Below are positions 35,820-45,200 of a DNA stretch of 46,448 nucleotides, in pieces; positions within the stretch are counted from its first letter, which is position 1; every line of letters starts with the position of its first letter. The translations under genes and the position numbers were made by a program. The notes under the pieces are model-generated. The model did no database searches. It worked only from the letters and a program-made list of their open reading frames with translations, and was not told the DNA's origin. This DNA is from a virus (lineage: Duplodnaviria; Caudoviricetes). Location of the stretch: IMG/VR virus record IMGVR_UViG_3300010376_000054, positions 1-46,448 of that record; one strand, 5' to 3'.

Positions 35820-36890
35820 TTACAGAACTGTTAATACTTGCCAGTTAGCAACGTCCACTGGCGCAGGAAGAATCTTACTGGTAATGCTATATTTGCGAAC
35901 CTGATCGTTAACATCAGCCCAGACCCGTGGCACTCGTCGCGCTTCATAGGTCTTAAACTGCGTTGTCTCTGGGTCCATTTGCTTGACTGCCGAGCAATAC
36001 ATCCGGTTATTGTTACCTCCTGCTTTCGACAACAGTACAATAACTTTGCCATCAGGAATCAAAGGCTGATTAGTATAACTGTTAGCAGGATCTTGGAACC
36101 ATTCGTTATAAGTCCAAATTGCTATATCGGGATCGGACAATCTAGCAACCATAACTGCACCGGGGAATGGACGTTCGCCGGGACGGATCTCACCAATGTT
36201 AATCTGGCGAGCAAACAAAGTACGCTGAACTTGCTGGCTAGCAACAAACCACTGCCAAGTAACAGTAGACATGACAGCAGTATCGGGAATAACAACCGAA
36301 TTTTTGCTGACATTGACTACTGCATTCTTGAGGTCCATGAACGGATTACTAGTCGTGTATGCTGACCACAACGCAGCACCCGTTAAAGTAGTAGTTTGCG
36401 TAAAGTTGTAGTTAACACTGAACTCATACTGATCCAATGGATCATCACTTGGAACAGTGATACTACCATTAAGCAGCACTTGAGCACACATCCACTCTTC
36501 GCGCCTATCAACCTGTTCAAGGAGTTCATCAGTATCTTCTGCTAACATCTGCATCTGCCGCTCTTCAACGGTCATCGGCTGAAACAAATCTTCTCCCGGC
36601 ATTCTCTTCTCCAGATCAGTCAAATCCAATGTTCTCACTGGTTGAATGGTAGGAGGCTCAACGCGGAAGCTCGAATAGGGATAGCGTTCTACAACCTGAC
36701 CTCTCCTGCGTTTACTAACTACAGGAGCCATTGCACGTTGTCTACGCTTTAGATCGACGATGCAATCCTCTGTTATGAACTCCTTGACTACCGGAAAGAA
36801 GTTATCTCTCAAGAAAGTCTGTTTAATAGGAGTGAGACGGATAGCCTCTAAGAGAACCGTCGTCCTATACAGATCTAAGTTTAATGCCAT
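35820..36890 (-). CDS. Major capsid protein (lambda gpE family)
   Basis: FLRDNFF, MAPVVS, RREEWMCAQVL.NG, W....P..D, IPDGKV; GGAGG RBS. Confidence 0.93.
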   Translation of the reverse strand: MALNLDLYRTTVLLEAIRLTPIKQTFLRDNFFPVVKEFITEDCIVDLKRRQRAMAPVVSKRRRGQVVERYPYSSFRVEPPTIQPVRTLDLTDLEKRMPGEDLFQPMTVEERQMQMLAEDTDELLEQVDRREEWMCAQVLLNGSITVPSDDPLDQYEFSVNYNFTQTTTLTGAALWSAYTTSNPFMDLKNAVVNVSKNSVVIPDTAVMSTVTWQWFVASQQVQRTLFARQINIGEIRPGERPFPGAVMVARLSDPDIAIWTYNEWFQDPANSYTNQPLIPDGKVIVLLSKAGGNNNRMYCSAVKQMDPETTQFKTYEARRVPRVWADVNDQVRKYSITSKILPAPVDVANWQVLTVL

Positions 36891-36904
36891 AAAGTATAAC
36901 CCTC

Positions 36905-37483
36905 CTAAACAGGAGCATCCTCCCTTGGTATAGAGTATCCATAGCCCGGAGGATTCGTTTGATACTGACCGGGATATGTACCGGGAATAACCTGAGTCGT
37001 TCCCTCAATGATCAGATCATTAGCTCGCATAAATCCACCTATGCTGCCCGCACCTGTAGCAGAAAAACTAGTTCCAACAGCAAATTGCAGGAAACTCAAT
37101 AGAAAATCTCCGCTGAAATATGCCTGACCCATAACAGGATTTCCTGCGCCATTGATAGTAGTATCAATAGGATCAATCAGGATGCACATTTGCGGAACTC
37201 CACCAGCAGCTAACGTTAGAAATGCTTGCGTAGTAGCAGGAGTAGTTGTCGGTAAGGTAACACCATAGATGTACCAGTTACCATCTGTACCAAGTGACAT
37301 TACCGAACCTTCAGCTAACACTCCAGTTCCCCATAAAGTAGGAGTATTAGTTAAACCGGAATGATTGGCAACAGCAATATCTTTAATTACAACCGATCTA
37401 CGGTGAACACCAAACCTTTCAACTCTTGGGCTAGAAGCTAGCCATTGAAATGCTGGTGCGCCGGGAACAGGAGTTAATGCCAT
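36905..37483 (-). CDS. Head decoration protein (lambda gpD-like)
   Basis: L..GSV, IL...IDT, AYFSGDF; lies between the protease and capsid genes. Confidence 0.75.
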   Translation of the reverse strand: MALTPVPGAPAFQWLASSPRVERFGVHRRSVVIKDIAVANHSGLTNTPTLWGTGVLAEGSVMSLGTDGNWYIYGVTLPTTTPATTQAFLTLAAGGVPQMCILIDPIDTTINGAGNPVMGQAYFSGDFLLSFLQFAVGTSFSATGAGSIGGFMRANDLIIEGTTQVIPGTYPGQYQTNPPGYGYSIPREDAPV

Positions 37484-37487
37484 TTAT

Positions 37488-38819
37488 TTAGTTCCTTGTG
37501 ATGTTATTACGTTTGGCGAAGTAAGCTGCTACACGATTAGAAAGCTGCTTTTCAGATGGTTCACTCTCATTAGTATTAGGATCAATAGCAGCAATCCCTT
37601 TAGCGGGTTCCATGCCTTTCAAAACTCCAACCTGAGTAGCTAAATGTTCATTATCCCTAGCTAACAATTTAGCAATCTCTACGGCAACCTGATCCGCTTT
37701 TCGACCGTCTTTCTTAGCCGAATCCACTATTGCTCTGCTCTCAGGAGTAAATGCTAGTTCATCCAAACTAGCTAACCTGAGTCTTTCAGTTTCTGCCGCA
37801 GCTTGTGCAGCAGCTTTAGTAGCAGCTTCCGTTTCCTGAGCCATTTGAGCAAACAACTCAGGATGGTCTGCTCTTAGTTGTTCTAATGTCATACCTTTTA
37901 TTAGTCCTGACTTCTTGTTTGCTTCCATTGGCGCAGGAACCAATGATTTTGACACTCGGGCCAAAAGTGAGTCATAAGCTTCTGTATAACTACCTACTGA
38001 ATCCACTAGTCCAACCTCCTTAGCCTGTTGACCAAAGTAGGTTCCAGCTTTAAAAACTTGTCGGGTATTTAAACCTTCACGGTGAGCTTTAACAAAACCC
38101 TGAAACTGATCTCCAACAAAATCCAGTGTTTCCTGAATGTTATCAGCTTGAGCTTTGGTTAGTTGTCCCGGTCCTGCTCCCGCGCCCTTTAGAATAGCTC
38201 CATCATTAACAAAAGTTTTAAACTCTGCTCCCTCCATGTCCCACATCTTAGATTTATCAATCCAAGGTAAAATTACCCCGATGGAACCTACATCACTGGT
38301 CTTAGTAGCTGTTATATGGTTACAAGCACTAGCCAACCAATAAGCCGCAGATGAGCATTTAGAATCTGTAAATGCAGCAGTTGGTACTGGTAAACCTGCT
38401 ATATAGTCGGCTAATTCCTGACAACCCCGAACAGCACCTCCAGAACTGTCGAAACAGTACATCAAACCCTTAGCACCCGAATCTAACAATTTCTGGGTTT
38501 CTCTTCTGATATCTAAATAGTCGGTAGCTCCACTAACTCTTTCTAGTTTTCCAATCCGGTGAGCTAATATTCCTTGAACAGGAATGTGTCCGATATAATT
38601 GTTATCAATGTGACCTTCCAGATTGGAACCTCTAAATTCTTCTTCAAGATTAACTTGAGTTAAATCTGCTGAAGTACCATTAGTATTGAAGTATGCGACA
38701 GTTGGTTCAACTCCCGCTAACTTAGCTTCTAATACTCTACAAATAGATTCATAGGCTCCCGGCGTAATCAACCAAGGTTCATAGAAAACTTTGTTAACAA
38801 TGTGAGGATATTGTTTCAC
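37488..38819 (-). CDS. S49 family head maturation protease/scaffold (lambda gpC-like)
   Basis: DSSGG, SAAYWLAS, VGSIGV, GLVD; C-terminal LRADHPEL...ERLR scaffold region. Confidence 0.92.
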   Translation of the reverse strand: MKQYPHIVNKVFYEPWLITPGAYESICRVLEAKLAGVEPTVAYFNTNGTSADLTQVNLEEEFRGSNLEGHIDNNYIGHIPVQGILAHRIGKLERVSGATDYLDIRRETQKLLDSGAKGLMYCFDSSGGAVRGCQELADYIAGLPVPTAAFTDSKCSSAAYWLASACNHITATKTSDVGSIGVILPWIDKSKMWDMEGAEFKTFVNDGAILKGAGAGPGQLTKAQADNIQETLDFVGDQFQGFVKAHREGLNTRQVFKAGTYFGQQAKEVGLVDSVGSYTEAYDSLLARVSKSLVPAPMEANKKSGLIKGMTLEQLRADHPELFAQMAQETEAATKAAAQAAAETERLRLASLDELAFTPESRAIVDSAKKDGRKADQVAVEIAKLLARDNEHLATQVGVLKGMEPAKGIAAIDPNTNESEPSEKQLSNRVAAYFAKRNNITRN

Positions 38820-38980
38820 ATTCTTACCATTCTAGAGTTCATAGCCCAAAGCGCATTTTCCGGTATCCTAAATCCAGTTCTAGGTAGTTTCCAAAAAGTA
38901 GAACCATGATTAGTAACAGCATCTTTAATAATTCGCCTCTGCTTTTGTTTCCAATCTGGTAACTCTTTTTCAGTTTTCAC
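38816..38980 (-). CDS. Small basic protein (54 aa), not in the ORF track
   Basis: Hand translation MKTEKELPDWKQKQRRII...MNSRMVRM; GTGA overlaps at both ends exactly fill the gap. Confidence 0.6.
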   Translation of the reverse strand: MKTEKELPDWKQKQRRIIKDAVTNHGSTFWKLPRTGFRIPENALWAMNSRMVRM

Positions 38981-40785
38981 TTGGCAGGAGCCTTTGGCTG
39001 AGTATTTCTAGGTTGTTGGTCCCCCGGTTTAGGTTGACCACTAGGAGGTTGTCCCGGTTTAGGTTGCTGTCCCGGTTGTGGTTGTCCTCCTGCTCCAAGA
39101 CTAGCACCTTGTGCTCCTAACTGTTCTTTCATTAACTGTGGCGAACCGGGAAATGCCAAGTAAGTTAAATCAGAATCCTCAAACGTCTTTTTCTCTAATG
39201 CTAACTGGATTACATTTTCTTCCCAGTTACTACCATTGTAAGCTACCGATTCTTTCTGAACTGTACTGATTCCAAGCTGGACCCGCATCATAGCAGCCTG
39301 AATGTCTTTCAATGGATCGATAGTTCCTTGAGCCATCCCTGCCCACAAACATCTACTTAAAGCCTTACGAATGCGGTAATCGGTAAAATACTTCTTAACC
39401 TTGACTACCTTTTCTAACACTAGCTCACCTAAGAAATTCTCGTAAATAGGTTGTAATACCTGATCTATTAACAGTTGCCGTTCCAACTTAACTGCTTTCC
39501 AAAACTCCTCGAATGCGCCTCTGGCAGCAGAATAGCTTTCCCCAAACATCATCATCACAATTTCATAGGGAACTCCAATAGCAGTGGAACAAATGGAGTT
39601 CATAACCTCAGTAAATACTTTGGTATCCGTTCCAGCTAGCTCTGGTTGAGCAAAGCTAACCTTGTCTCCCGGTTTCATGAATGTCACTCCACCGGGAGCA
39701 AGTGCTATGTCGTAAGGAAATACCTTGTATAACTGCCGGATTTCTTCCTCTTCCAATCCAGCATTACGCAGTACATCCTCGGTTGGCATGGGCGATTCGA
39801 TAAAAACAGAAAAGAAGTTAGATATTACCTCTTTACTGATCTTCTCGTTAATAAATCTCTGCATCCCCTTGGCTAACTCAAAACATACTGCCAGTGGTGG
39901 AACACCTCGTCTCTGCTGTGGACGCTCTATGTTATAGTGTAATATGGCATTACGGGTTAGGTATTGGTCAGTAAACGCAGGGATGCGAGTCCACTTTTGT
40001 ACGGTTATCTGGGGGAGTAAACCGTAATCAAGTGGATGGAACTGAGCAATCCAATACGCTTCTAGGGGACCATTATAGTGCTTTAATTCCACACCTCCCC
40101 AGACATTTTGCTCGAATGTAGGTACAGGAATCCAGAATGGATTCATTAACCTATCAGGATCAATAGTCCTGATCTTCAGCGAATACGGATACTTGCCGTC
40201 GTTCCTATGAGCAAAAAGTACAGGAGCATCACCAGACATTTCCTTAGTCCGGTAAATCTCCTGTAGTTTCTGTGTTAGATCTCTGGTTCTCTCCCAGTCA
40301 CAAAGCTCGGTACTCCACAAGTGCCATTCTTTTAATATCAGCTTTCCTAGCTCAATCCCTTCATCCTCAGACATGTCTAACTCTTCATAATCAGGAAGCG
40401 GGATGCAGTGGATTCCAGTGCCTACTACGTTTTTAACTTTAGTTTCGATAGCAGCTTTCCCGAATGGGTAAGACATATATAAGTCGCGTGATCTAGCTCG
40501 GAGTACTGGTAGATTACGCACAATGTCTGTATCTGGGGAACCTGCCCAAGGAATCCATGCTGCCAATGCTCTTTTTCTAAACGATGCACCATGTTGGGCA
40601 TAACCCGTTCCACCCAAGAGAAAACCACTATTTGCTCTAGTAACAACAATTCCTGTATTCGCGCCTGATTCAGCTCGAATCTCGCGTCCATTGCCATCAA
40701 ACAAAACAGGTCGCCCGTTAACTGAGATTTGTTTCTCGGCTAACTCAGCGACCTGTGTGTTAGTTTGTTGTTGCCTGTCTAACAT
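38977..40785 (-). CDS. Portal protein (lambda family) with a Q/P-rich tail
   Basis: LRARSRDL, NVVGTGI, GVE, RPQQRRGVP, SYSAAR, IDPLKD. Confidence 0.95.
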   Translation of the reverse strand: MLDRQQQTNTQVAELAEKQISVNGRPVLFDGNGREIRAESGANTGIVVTRANSGFLLGGTGYAQHGASFRKRALAAWIPWAGSPDTDIVRNLPVLRARSRDLYMSYPFGKAAIETKVKNVVGTGIHCIPLPDYEELDMSEDEGIELGKLILKEWHLWSTELCDWERTRDLTQKLQEIYRTKEMSGDAPVLFAHRNDGKYPYSLKIRTIDPDRLMNPFWIPVPTFEQNVWGGVELKHYNGPLEAYWIAQFHPLDYGLLPQITVQKWTRIPAFTDQYLTRNAILHYNIERPQQRRGVPPLAVCFELAKGMQRFINEKISKEVISNFFSVFIESPMPTEDVLRNAGLEEEEIRQLYKVFPYDIALAPGGVTFMKPGDKVSFAQPELAGTDTKVFTEVMNSICSTAIGVPYEIVMMMFGESYSAARGAFEEFWKAVKLERQLLIDQVLQPIYENFLGELVLEKVVKVKKYFTDYRIRKALSRCLWAGMAQGTIDPLKDIQAAMMRVQLGISTVQKESVAYNGSNWEENVIQLALEKKTFEDSDLTYLAFPGSPQLMKEQLGAQGASLGAGGQPQPGQQPKPGQPPSGQPKPGDQQPRNTQPKAPAK

Positions 40786-40899
40786 GCCAAGTTTAACTCA
40801 TGTTAAACTTGGCTACTGACTATCTAGCTCAGTTGTATGTCTCTAGCAATATCATTAACTGTTGGCACGCTAAATAGTTTCTTAGGCAGAGGAGGTTCT

Positions 40900-41235
40900 T
40901 CAGGGAGTTGCTGGTGCGGCAGGAGTTCCACTGTCTGCTGGTGCGGGAGCGGGTGCTGCTGCTGCGGCTGCTGTGAGTGCTGCATTTACACTTGCTACTA
41001 ATGCTGGATCGTTCAAAGCTTGAGCAGTTTGCTGCAATTGGGCAATTGTAGCTTGAGCAGCCTGTAAAGCTGCGGCATTACCACTGTCAGCATTGATTAA
41101 ACCAGTGATAGCATCGACGAGTTGTTTTACTAAATCGGGAGTCATATTTATGGTTATTGCTTGCGGAATTTGAAGAACTATTGTTAACGGATTCTTGAAG
41201 ACATGACTTACAGTTAAATCCATTTTTAGTTTCAC
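40900..41235 (-). CDS. Ala-rich coiled-coil hypothetical protein
   Basis: GTGA overlap with the gpW-like gene; low-complexity A/P tail. Confidence 0.6.
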   Translation of the reverse strand: MKLKMDLTVSHVFKNPLTIVLQIPQAITINMTPDLVKQLVDAITGLINADSGNAAALQAAQATIAQLQQTAQALNDPALVASVNAALTAAAAAAPAPAPADSGTPAAPATP

Positions 41236-41486
41236 CTATCTACTGGAATCAACCGTTTATACACCATTGTACTAGTATCACCGTGCCGCAGGATATTATT
41301 TACCTGATCCCTCCAAAAAATGTATTCAGTCCTCAGTTCGTCTATTGCATATCGCTGCAATGACATTCCCTCCGCTTCATACCGTCTTCCAGCTTTTAAA
41401 GCCTTGAGATACGCTCTCAAAGCTGTATCGCGATTAACAACAGCTATCCTGAAGTCTTCTCCTAATGGAGGTATATAATTCAGCAC
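41232..41486 (-). CDS. Head-tail adaptor (lambda gpW-like)
   Basis: AYLKAL..G..YE.EG.SLQR..IDELR...W...V; upstream of the portal. Confidence 0.75.
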   Translation of the reverse strand: MLNYIPPLGEDFRIAVVNRDTALRAYLKALKAGRRYEAEGMSLQRYAIDELRTEYIFWRDQVNNILRHGDTSTMVYKRLIPVDR

Positions 41487-41494
41487 AATAGTTA

Positions 41495-41522
41495 ATATTA
41501 CCTTATTATCAAGTTATGTCAA
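41495..41522 (-). promoter_or_regulatory. Sigma70-like promoter in front of the head genes
   Basis: TTGACA (41522-41517), 16-nt spacer, TAATAT (41500-41495), AT-rich upstream tract. Confidence 0.55.
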
Positions 41523-41546
41523 GAGTTATTTTAAAAAATGTTAACA

Positions 41547-41708
41547 TTATTTATCAGGAGTTGTATGACTAATAACAGATGCTACAACTGCTAATACTCC
41601 TGCTGCAATCTGTACTGGAGGCACAGGTATAACTAAACCAACTCCGGCTGCTGTTCCTATGCCCACAGATACATGATGTACTGTTCGCCAGATGGGTAAC
41701 CAGTTCAT
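41547..41708 (-). CDS. Small two-helix membrane protein (53 aa, holin-like), not in the ORF track
   Basis: Hand translation MNWLPIWRTVHHVSVGIGTAAGVGLVIPVPPVQIAAGVLAVVASVISHTTPDK. Confidence 0.6.
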   Translation of the reverse strand: MNWLPIWRTVHHVSVGIGTAAGVGLVIPVPPVQIAAGVLAVVASVISHTTPDK

Positions 41709-41709
41709 T

Positions 41710-41886
41710 TCACATTTTTACATGCGCCAGCGGCAACAAAGTGTTAATCAAGTAGATCAAAAAAATTAATGCTAATATAATCCCCACTATCTGCTGGACA
41801 CGCCCGGGAAATATCATTCCAACGATGTAATAGATCAGATATAACACTAATGCGACCACTAATAGTACTATTAGGACTGAAATCAT
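41710..41886 (-). CDS. Small two-TM membrane protein (holin-like); probable start MISV at 41886
   Basis: Two very hydrophobic segments separated by FPGR; starts 1 nt after the terminase stop. Confidence 0.7.
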   Translation of the reverse strand: MISVLIVLLVVALVLYLIYYIVGMIFPGRVQQIVGIILALIFLIYLINTLLPLAHVKM

Positions 41887-41887
41887 G

Positions 41888-43993
41888 TTACCTATCCTCA
41901 AAAGGGTTAAATTCGGTCGCTTTGAGCATATTAGAACCAAATTGACCGAAAAATGGATGATTTTTTGCGATTCTAGTAGTTTTCGGCTGATTTTCAGCCA
42001 TTTCTGCTAGATATTCGTTAGTTTCTGCCGTTTTTACCGCATTTTGTGGAGTTTTGACCACTTTTTCAGTAAAAAATGGATTATTCAGTTGATTTTGCAG
42101 TTCTTTAGCGTTCTGGACCGTATAATCCGGCATTTTCATACGTTCCAGCTTCATAGTTTGCTCAACTAATTCTAATGCGCTTCGCGCATAGACTCTGCAA
42201 TCCAATGGCTCGCCTGATTGCCTACTTGCTCCTTCCTTATGATACTTGAAGACCGGATAACCAAGTGAGTTAGTCTCCTGTCTCTTCTGCTCGGAGGTTA
42301 GTCCAATAAAGTAATCGTTAGTGTATCCCCTAACATCTTCCTCGTCTGGTCCCATTGGGAAATGACAATAGCCGGGACCAACATCAATTTCTAACAACCT
42401 CTGAAACATCTCATCCTTGCCTTGGATAGTGTACAGAGGATACCAAGTCGTGTTATACTTTTTATCTAGCCGATATGCTCCCGTAAAAGTACCAACAAAG
42501 GATTGTTCATGTCCAGATCCCTTACAGCTATATATGCGAGGTTGTCTGCGTCTTGTATAATGATAGACATAAGGTCCGATAGCTCCATTGGAATCAATAA
42601 GAGTCTTTCGCACTCGGATACCTTTACCATCGCTAAATAGGAAGATCCGATTATAAACCATCTCGTCAAAGAGTTGCTTCCATTCTTCTTCTCTTGGATC
42701 AGCAAGTATGGTCCCATACTCGATCCCCCAGCTTTCATAACCTTTACCCCATCCGATGATTTCATAATTAATCCTCTTTTGGATGTCTTGAACGTCTGCC
42801 CCACAAGTGAGGACCAAAACTCCTTCAGGCACTTCAGCCGGATAAACTTCGCGTCTTTCATAGATAGTATGTGACTGAACTCTGATGGCATAATCCTCGA
42901 AGGTTTGAGCTAACCTAGTGTTAATAAAGACTTTTAACAGAGTTGTATTACCAGCATCCTTCGCCCTGTTAGCTTCAATCCACTCTTCCTTCAATCCTTC
43001 CCATGTAAACCAAGGACTAGGAATAGTACTTATGTAATATCCTCTGGTTTTTCTTTCAGGATACTTATGAATCCATTTACCAACTCCTCCAATCCACTTC
43101 GCTTTGCTACTAAGCTGCTGACATTCAGGATTACCGCATCTTCCCAAGATTTTGTTAGGTACACTTGAATAGTCAACCATGTGCCACTGCAACTCTTGAT
43201 AGTGCCCACAGACGGGACAAGGCAAGTGCCAGTGACCTTGCGAACTACCTTCATAGGCAAACTCTATGCGACTACTCCCCTTAATGGTAGGAGTTGAACT
43301 TAATATTATCTTTCTGTTCCAAAAGTTGGAGGTACGGGTAATTCCTAACCTGATCGGGTCGCCCTCACCTTCCTTGTTATCTCCTTTACCTATATCCTGT
43401 TTGTAACGATCAATCTCATCAAACAGAACAATCCGCATAGGAAACGAAGATAAAGAGCTTGGAGTATCCGCACCTCCCATTATTAGCATTCCCCCAGGGT
43501 ATGTCTTCATTAACAGAGAGTCACTGCCTCCCTTATCCATTCCATGCCGCCAAGTGGTTCTGACTATCTTTTCCGCTAATGCCTTGCAATTGCGGATCAT
43601 AGGACTAACTCGTTGCCTACTAACCCGCTCGGCTTGAGTTACTGTCGGATAAACAAACAGGATTGGACTTGGGTCCATATCCATATAGTAACCCAATGTG
43701 TTAAGCAAACATCCAGCCGTCTTACCAGTTTGCGATCCCCACTGCAATACTACTTGTTCTACGTTAGAATCACAAATAGCATCCATCGGCTCCTTTTGGT
43801 AAGGAGCTTTGGCAGTCATCCACTTTCCAGCTTCAGGAGAGTCCTCCGTTGTTAATACCCGGTATTTATCAGCCCACTCACTAATCTTGATCTTAGGAGG
43901 AGGTTTCAAATACTTCCATGTCATCTCCTTAGCAAAGGACGACACTGGAGTTGTATATAACCTGATTACCTCTTCTTCAGATAAGATAGCCAT
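41888..43993 (-). CDS. terL: Terminase large subunit (lambda GpA family)
   Basis: SEWAD, APYQ, SQTGKT, LFDEID, SSTPT, CPxC...CxxxC, GADVQ, EPLDCRVY. Confidence 0.97.
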   Translation of the reverse strand: MAILSEEEVIRLYTTPVSSFAKEMTWKYLKPPPKIKISEWADKYRVLTTEDSPEAGKWMTAKAPYQKEPMDAICDSNVEQVVLQWGSQTGKTAGCLLNTLGYYMDMDPSPILFVYPTVTQAERVSRQRVSPMIRNCKALAEKIVRTTWRHGMDKGGSDSLLMKTYPGGMLIMGGADTPSSLSSFPMRIVLFDEIDRYKQDIGKGDNKEGEGDPIRLGITRTSNFWNRKIILSSTPTIKGSSRIEFAYEGSSQGHWHLPCPVCGHYQELQWHMVDYSSVPNKILGRCGNPECQQLSSKAKWIGGVGKWIHKYPERKTRGYYISTIPSPWFTWEGLKEEWIEANRAKDAGNTTLLKVFINTRLAQTFEDYAIRVQSHTIYERREVYPAEVPEGVLVLTCGADVQDIQKRINYEIIGWGKGYESWGIEYGTILADPREEEWKQLFDEMVYNRIFLFSDGKGIRVRKTLIDSNGAIGPYVYHYTRRRQPRIYSCKGSGHEQSFVGTFTGAYRLDKKYNTTWYPLYTIQGKDEMFQRLLEIDVGPGYCHFPMGPDEEDVRGYTNDYFIGLTSEQKRQETNSLGYPVFKYHKEGASRQSGEPLDCRVYARSALELVEQTMKLERMKMPDYTVQNAKELQNQLNNPFFTEKVVKTPQNAVKTAETNEYLAEMAENQPKTTRIAKNHPFFGQFGSNMLKATEFNPFEDR

Positions 43994-44020
43994 TTTAACT
44001 CATGTTAAAGTTAGTTAACT

Positions 44021-44110
44021 CTACTCGCCCTCTGGTGCTCCCGGTACGTTAGGGTTAGGTGGAATAGGTTGTGGTTGCGGAGGTGGAGGCAATACTGGTG
44101 ATACTGGCAT
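44021..44110 (-). CDS. Tiny Pro-rich peptide (29 aa), not in the ORF track
   Basis: Hand translation MPVSPVLPPPPQPQPIPPNPNVPGAPEGE; starts 1 nt after the upstream stop. Confidence 0.45.
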   Translation of the reverse strand: MPVSPVLPPPPQPQPIPPNPNVPGAPEGE

Positions 44111-44111
44111 A

Positions 44112-44333
44112 CTATTGAGTTGTTACATTAGCTACCGCAGTGTGATACAATACAGGACTATTACCAAAACGAAAAGACACTACTCCATTAGCATCAACTC
44201 CATTACTATCAATCTGAGTATCTGCTGCTACAGTAGCTTTGTTAGATATACTCGCCAGATTCTTGGTTCCTCCCGCATGTGACACTTGATTTAAGGTCGC
44301 ATGAGAACTACCTGATTTTATTATGATTGGCAT
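44112..44333 (-). CDS. Hypothetical protein (73 aa)
   Basis: Tight packing, same strand. Confidence 0.65.
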   Translation of the reverse strand: MPIIIKSGSSHATLNQVSHAGGTKNLASISNKATVAADTQIDSNGVDANGVVSFRFGNSPVLYHTAVANVTTQ

Positions 44334-44339
44334 ATTATT

Positions 44340-45020
44340 TTATATTAGTTTAATCCAGTTATACCTTGTTGAAAAATTATGCCAGACAGGATGATGCTGC
44401 CTGACATAAGTGTGAAAAAACAATTGCGCTTTGACTCCCCAGATAGATTCCACCAAATGAAATACCCAACTATCCATAACATGAATTTGTTGTGCCTGTC
44501 TTAATAATTCCACATAAGACAATACCGACGGGTAATCAGGATTATCTACTATGTAAGCAGCCTGATCGTGAGAATAGTTCTCTACTCTCTCCAGATCTAT
44601 CTGGAATCCACGATCTGGATCATCATGTATAACAATCGGGTAAAATTGATCGAACTGATCAATTTTGTTAGCAGCCTCCTCAATTGGACAGGAAGTCCAT
44701 CGATGCTGGAATGGAACGGATAACTGCTGATACATCCAGACCGGCCAATCGGTGGTAGGCTCCATAACACCTTCCAACCTTTTCCAGTAACAGTTTAAAA
44801 CACTGTTACTATATTTGGCGGCTAGCTTCTCTGAGTTATCTACAGTAAAAACTTTGATCTGGGGATAATTAACAAAAACACTATCAATGGTTGGTTTGTT
44901 CTTAGGAGTACAGGGAAATTGCAAACCTCCATGAATCTTAGCTAACTTGATTGCCGCGCCAGATAATACGAGTCCATCCCCTATTCCCACATTACAGACT
45001 AGTACTGGCGCATCTTTCAT
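44340..45020 (-). CDS. GT-B fold glycosyltransferase-like protein (GT9-like motifs)
   Basis: GIGD near the N-terminus; LLRQAQQIHVMDSWVFHL resembles the GT9 A...IGxDSxxxHL motif. Confidence 0.6.
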   Translation of the reverse strand: MKDAPVLVCNVGIGDGLVLSGAAIKLAKIHGGLQFPCTPKNKPTIDSVFVNYPQIKVFTVDNSEKLAAKYSNSVLNCYWKRLEGVMEPTTDWPVWMYQQLSVPFQHRWTSCPIEEAANKIDQFDQFYPIVIHDDPDRGFQIDLERVENYSHDQAAYIVDNPDYPSVLSYVELLRQAQQIHVMDSWVFHLVESIWGVKAQLFFHTYVRQHHPVWHNFSTRYNWIKLI

Positions 45021-45199
45021 GGAGTCGAAGGTTCGCCTGTATCTTGAGTATCCTGCGTATCCTGCGTTGCTTGCATTGCTTGTGGTGCTCCCGGTAACCT
45101 ACTTACTACTTGATGCATTTCAGATACCATTTCATGTATCTCACCAAGAACTTCCTGTAGTTCCTGCACAATCTTAACAACGTCTGTTATGCTAGCCAT
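45017..45199 (-). CDS. Small coiled-coil protein with a QDT tandem repeat
   Basis: Stop-T-ATG upstream and ATGA overlap downstream. Confidence 0.6.
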   Translation of the reverse strand: MASITDVVKIVQELQEVLGEIHEMVSEMHQVVSRLPGAPQAMQATQDTQDTQDTGEPSTP

Positions 45200-45200
45200 A

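Noticed and set aside
190-43260. Nested minus-strand ORFs in shifted frames (e.g. 190..528, 1063..1320, 4661..4987, 7497..7961, 42466..42891)
   Set aside because: They lie inside conserved genes, nearly all in the +1 frame, with no motifs; most likely a codon-usage by-product. Only 556..816 was kept as a weak candidate.
20949-43993. Lambda-type head joined to a P2/Mu-type contractile tail as a novel chimera
   Set aside because: This combination is common among phages and prophages.
3571-45070. Short coding tandem repeats (DDKL twice at 3571-3594, QPKPG in the portal tail, QDT three times near 45040-45066)
   Set aside because: Ordinary low-complexity slippage in linkers or tails.
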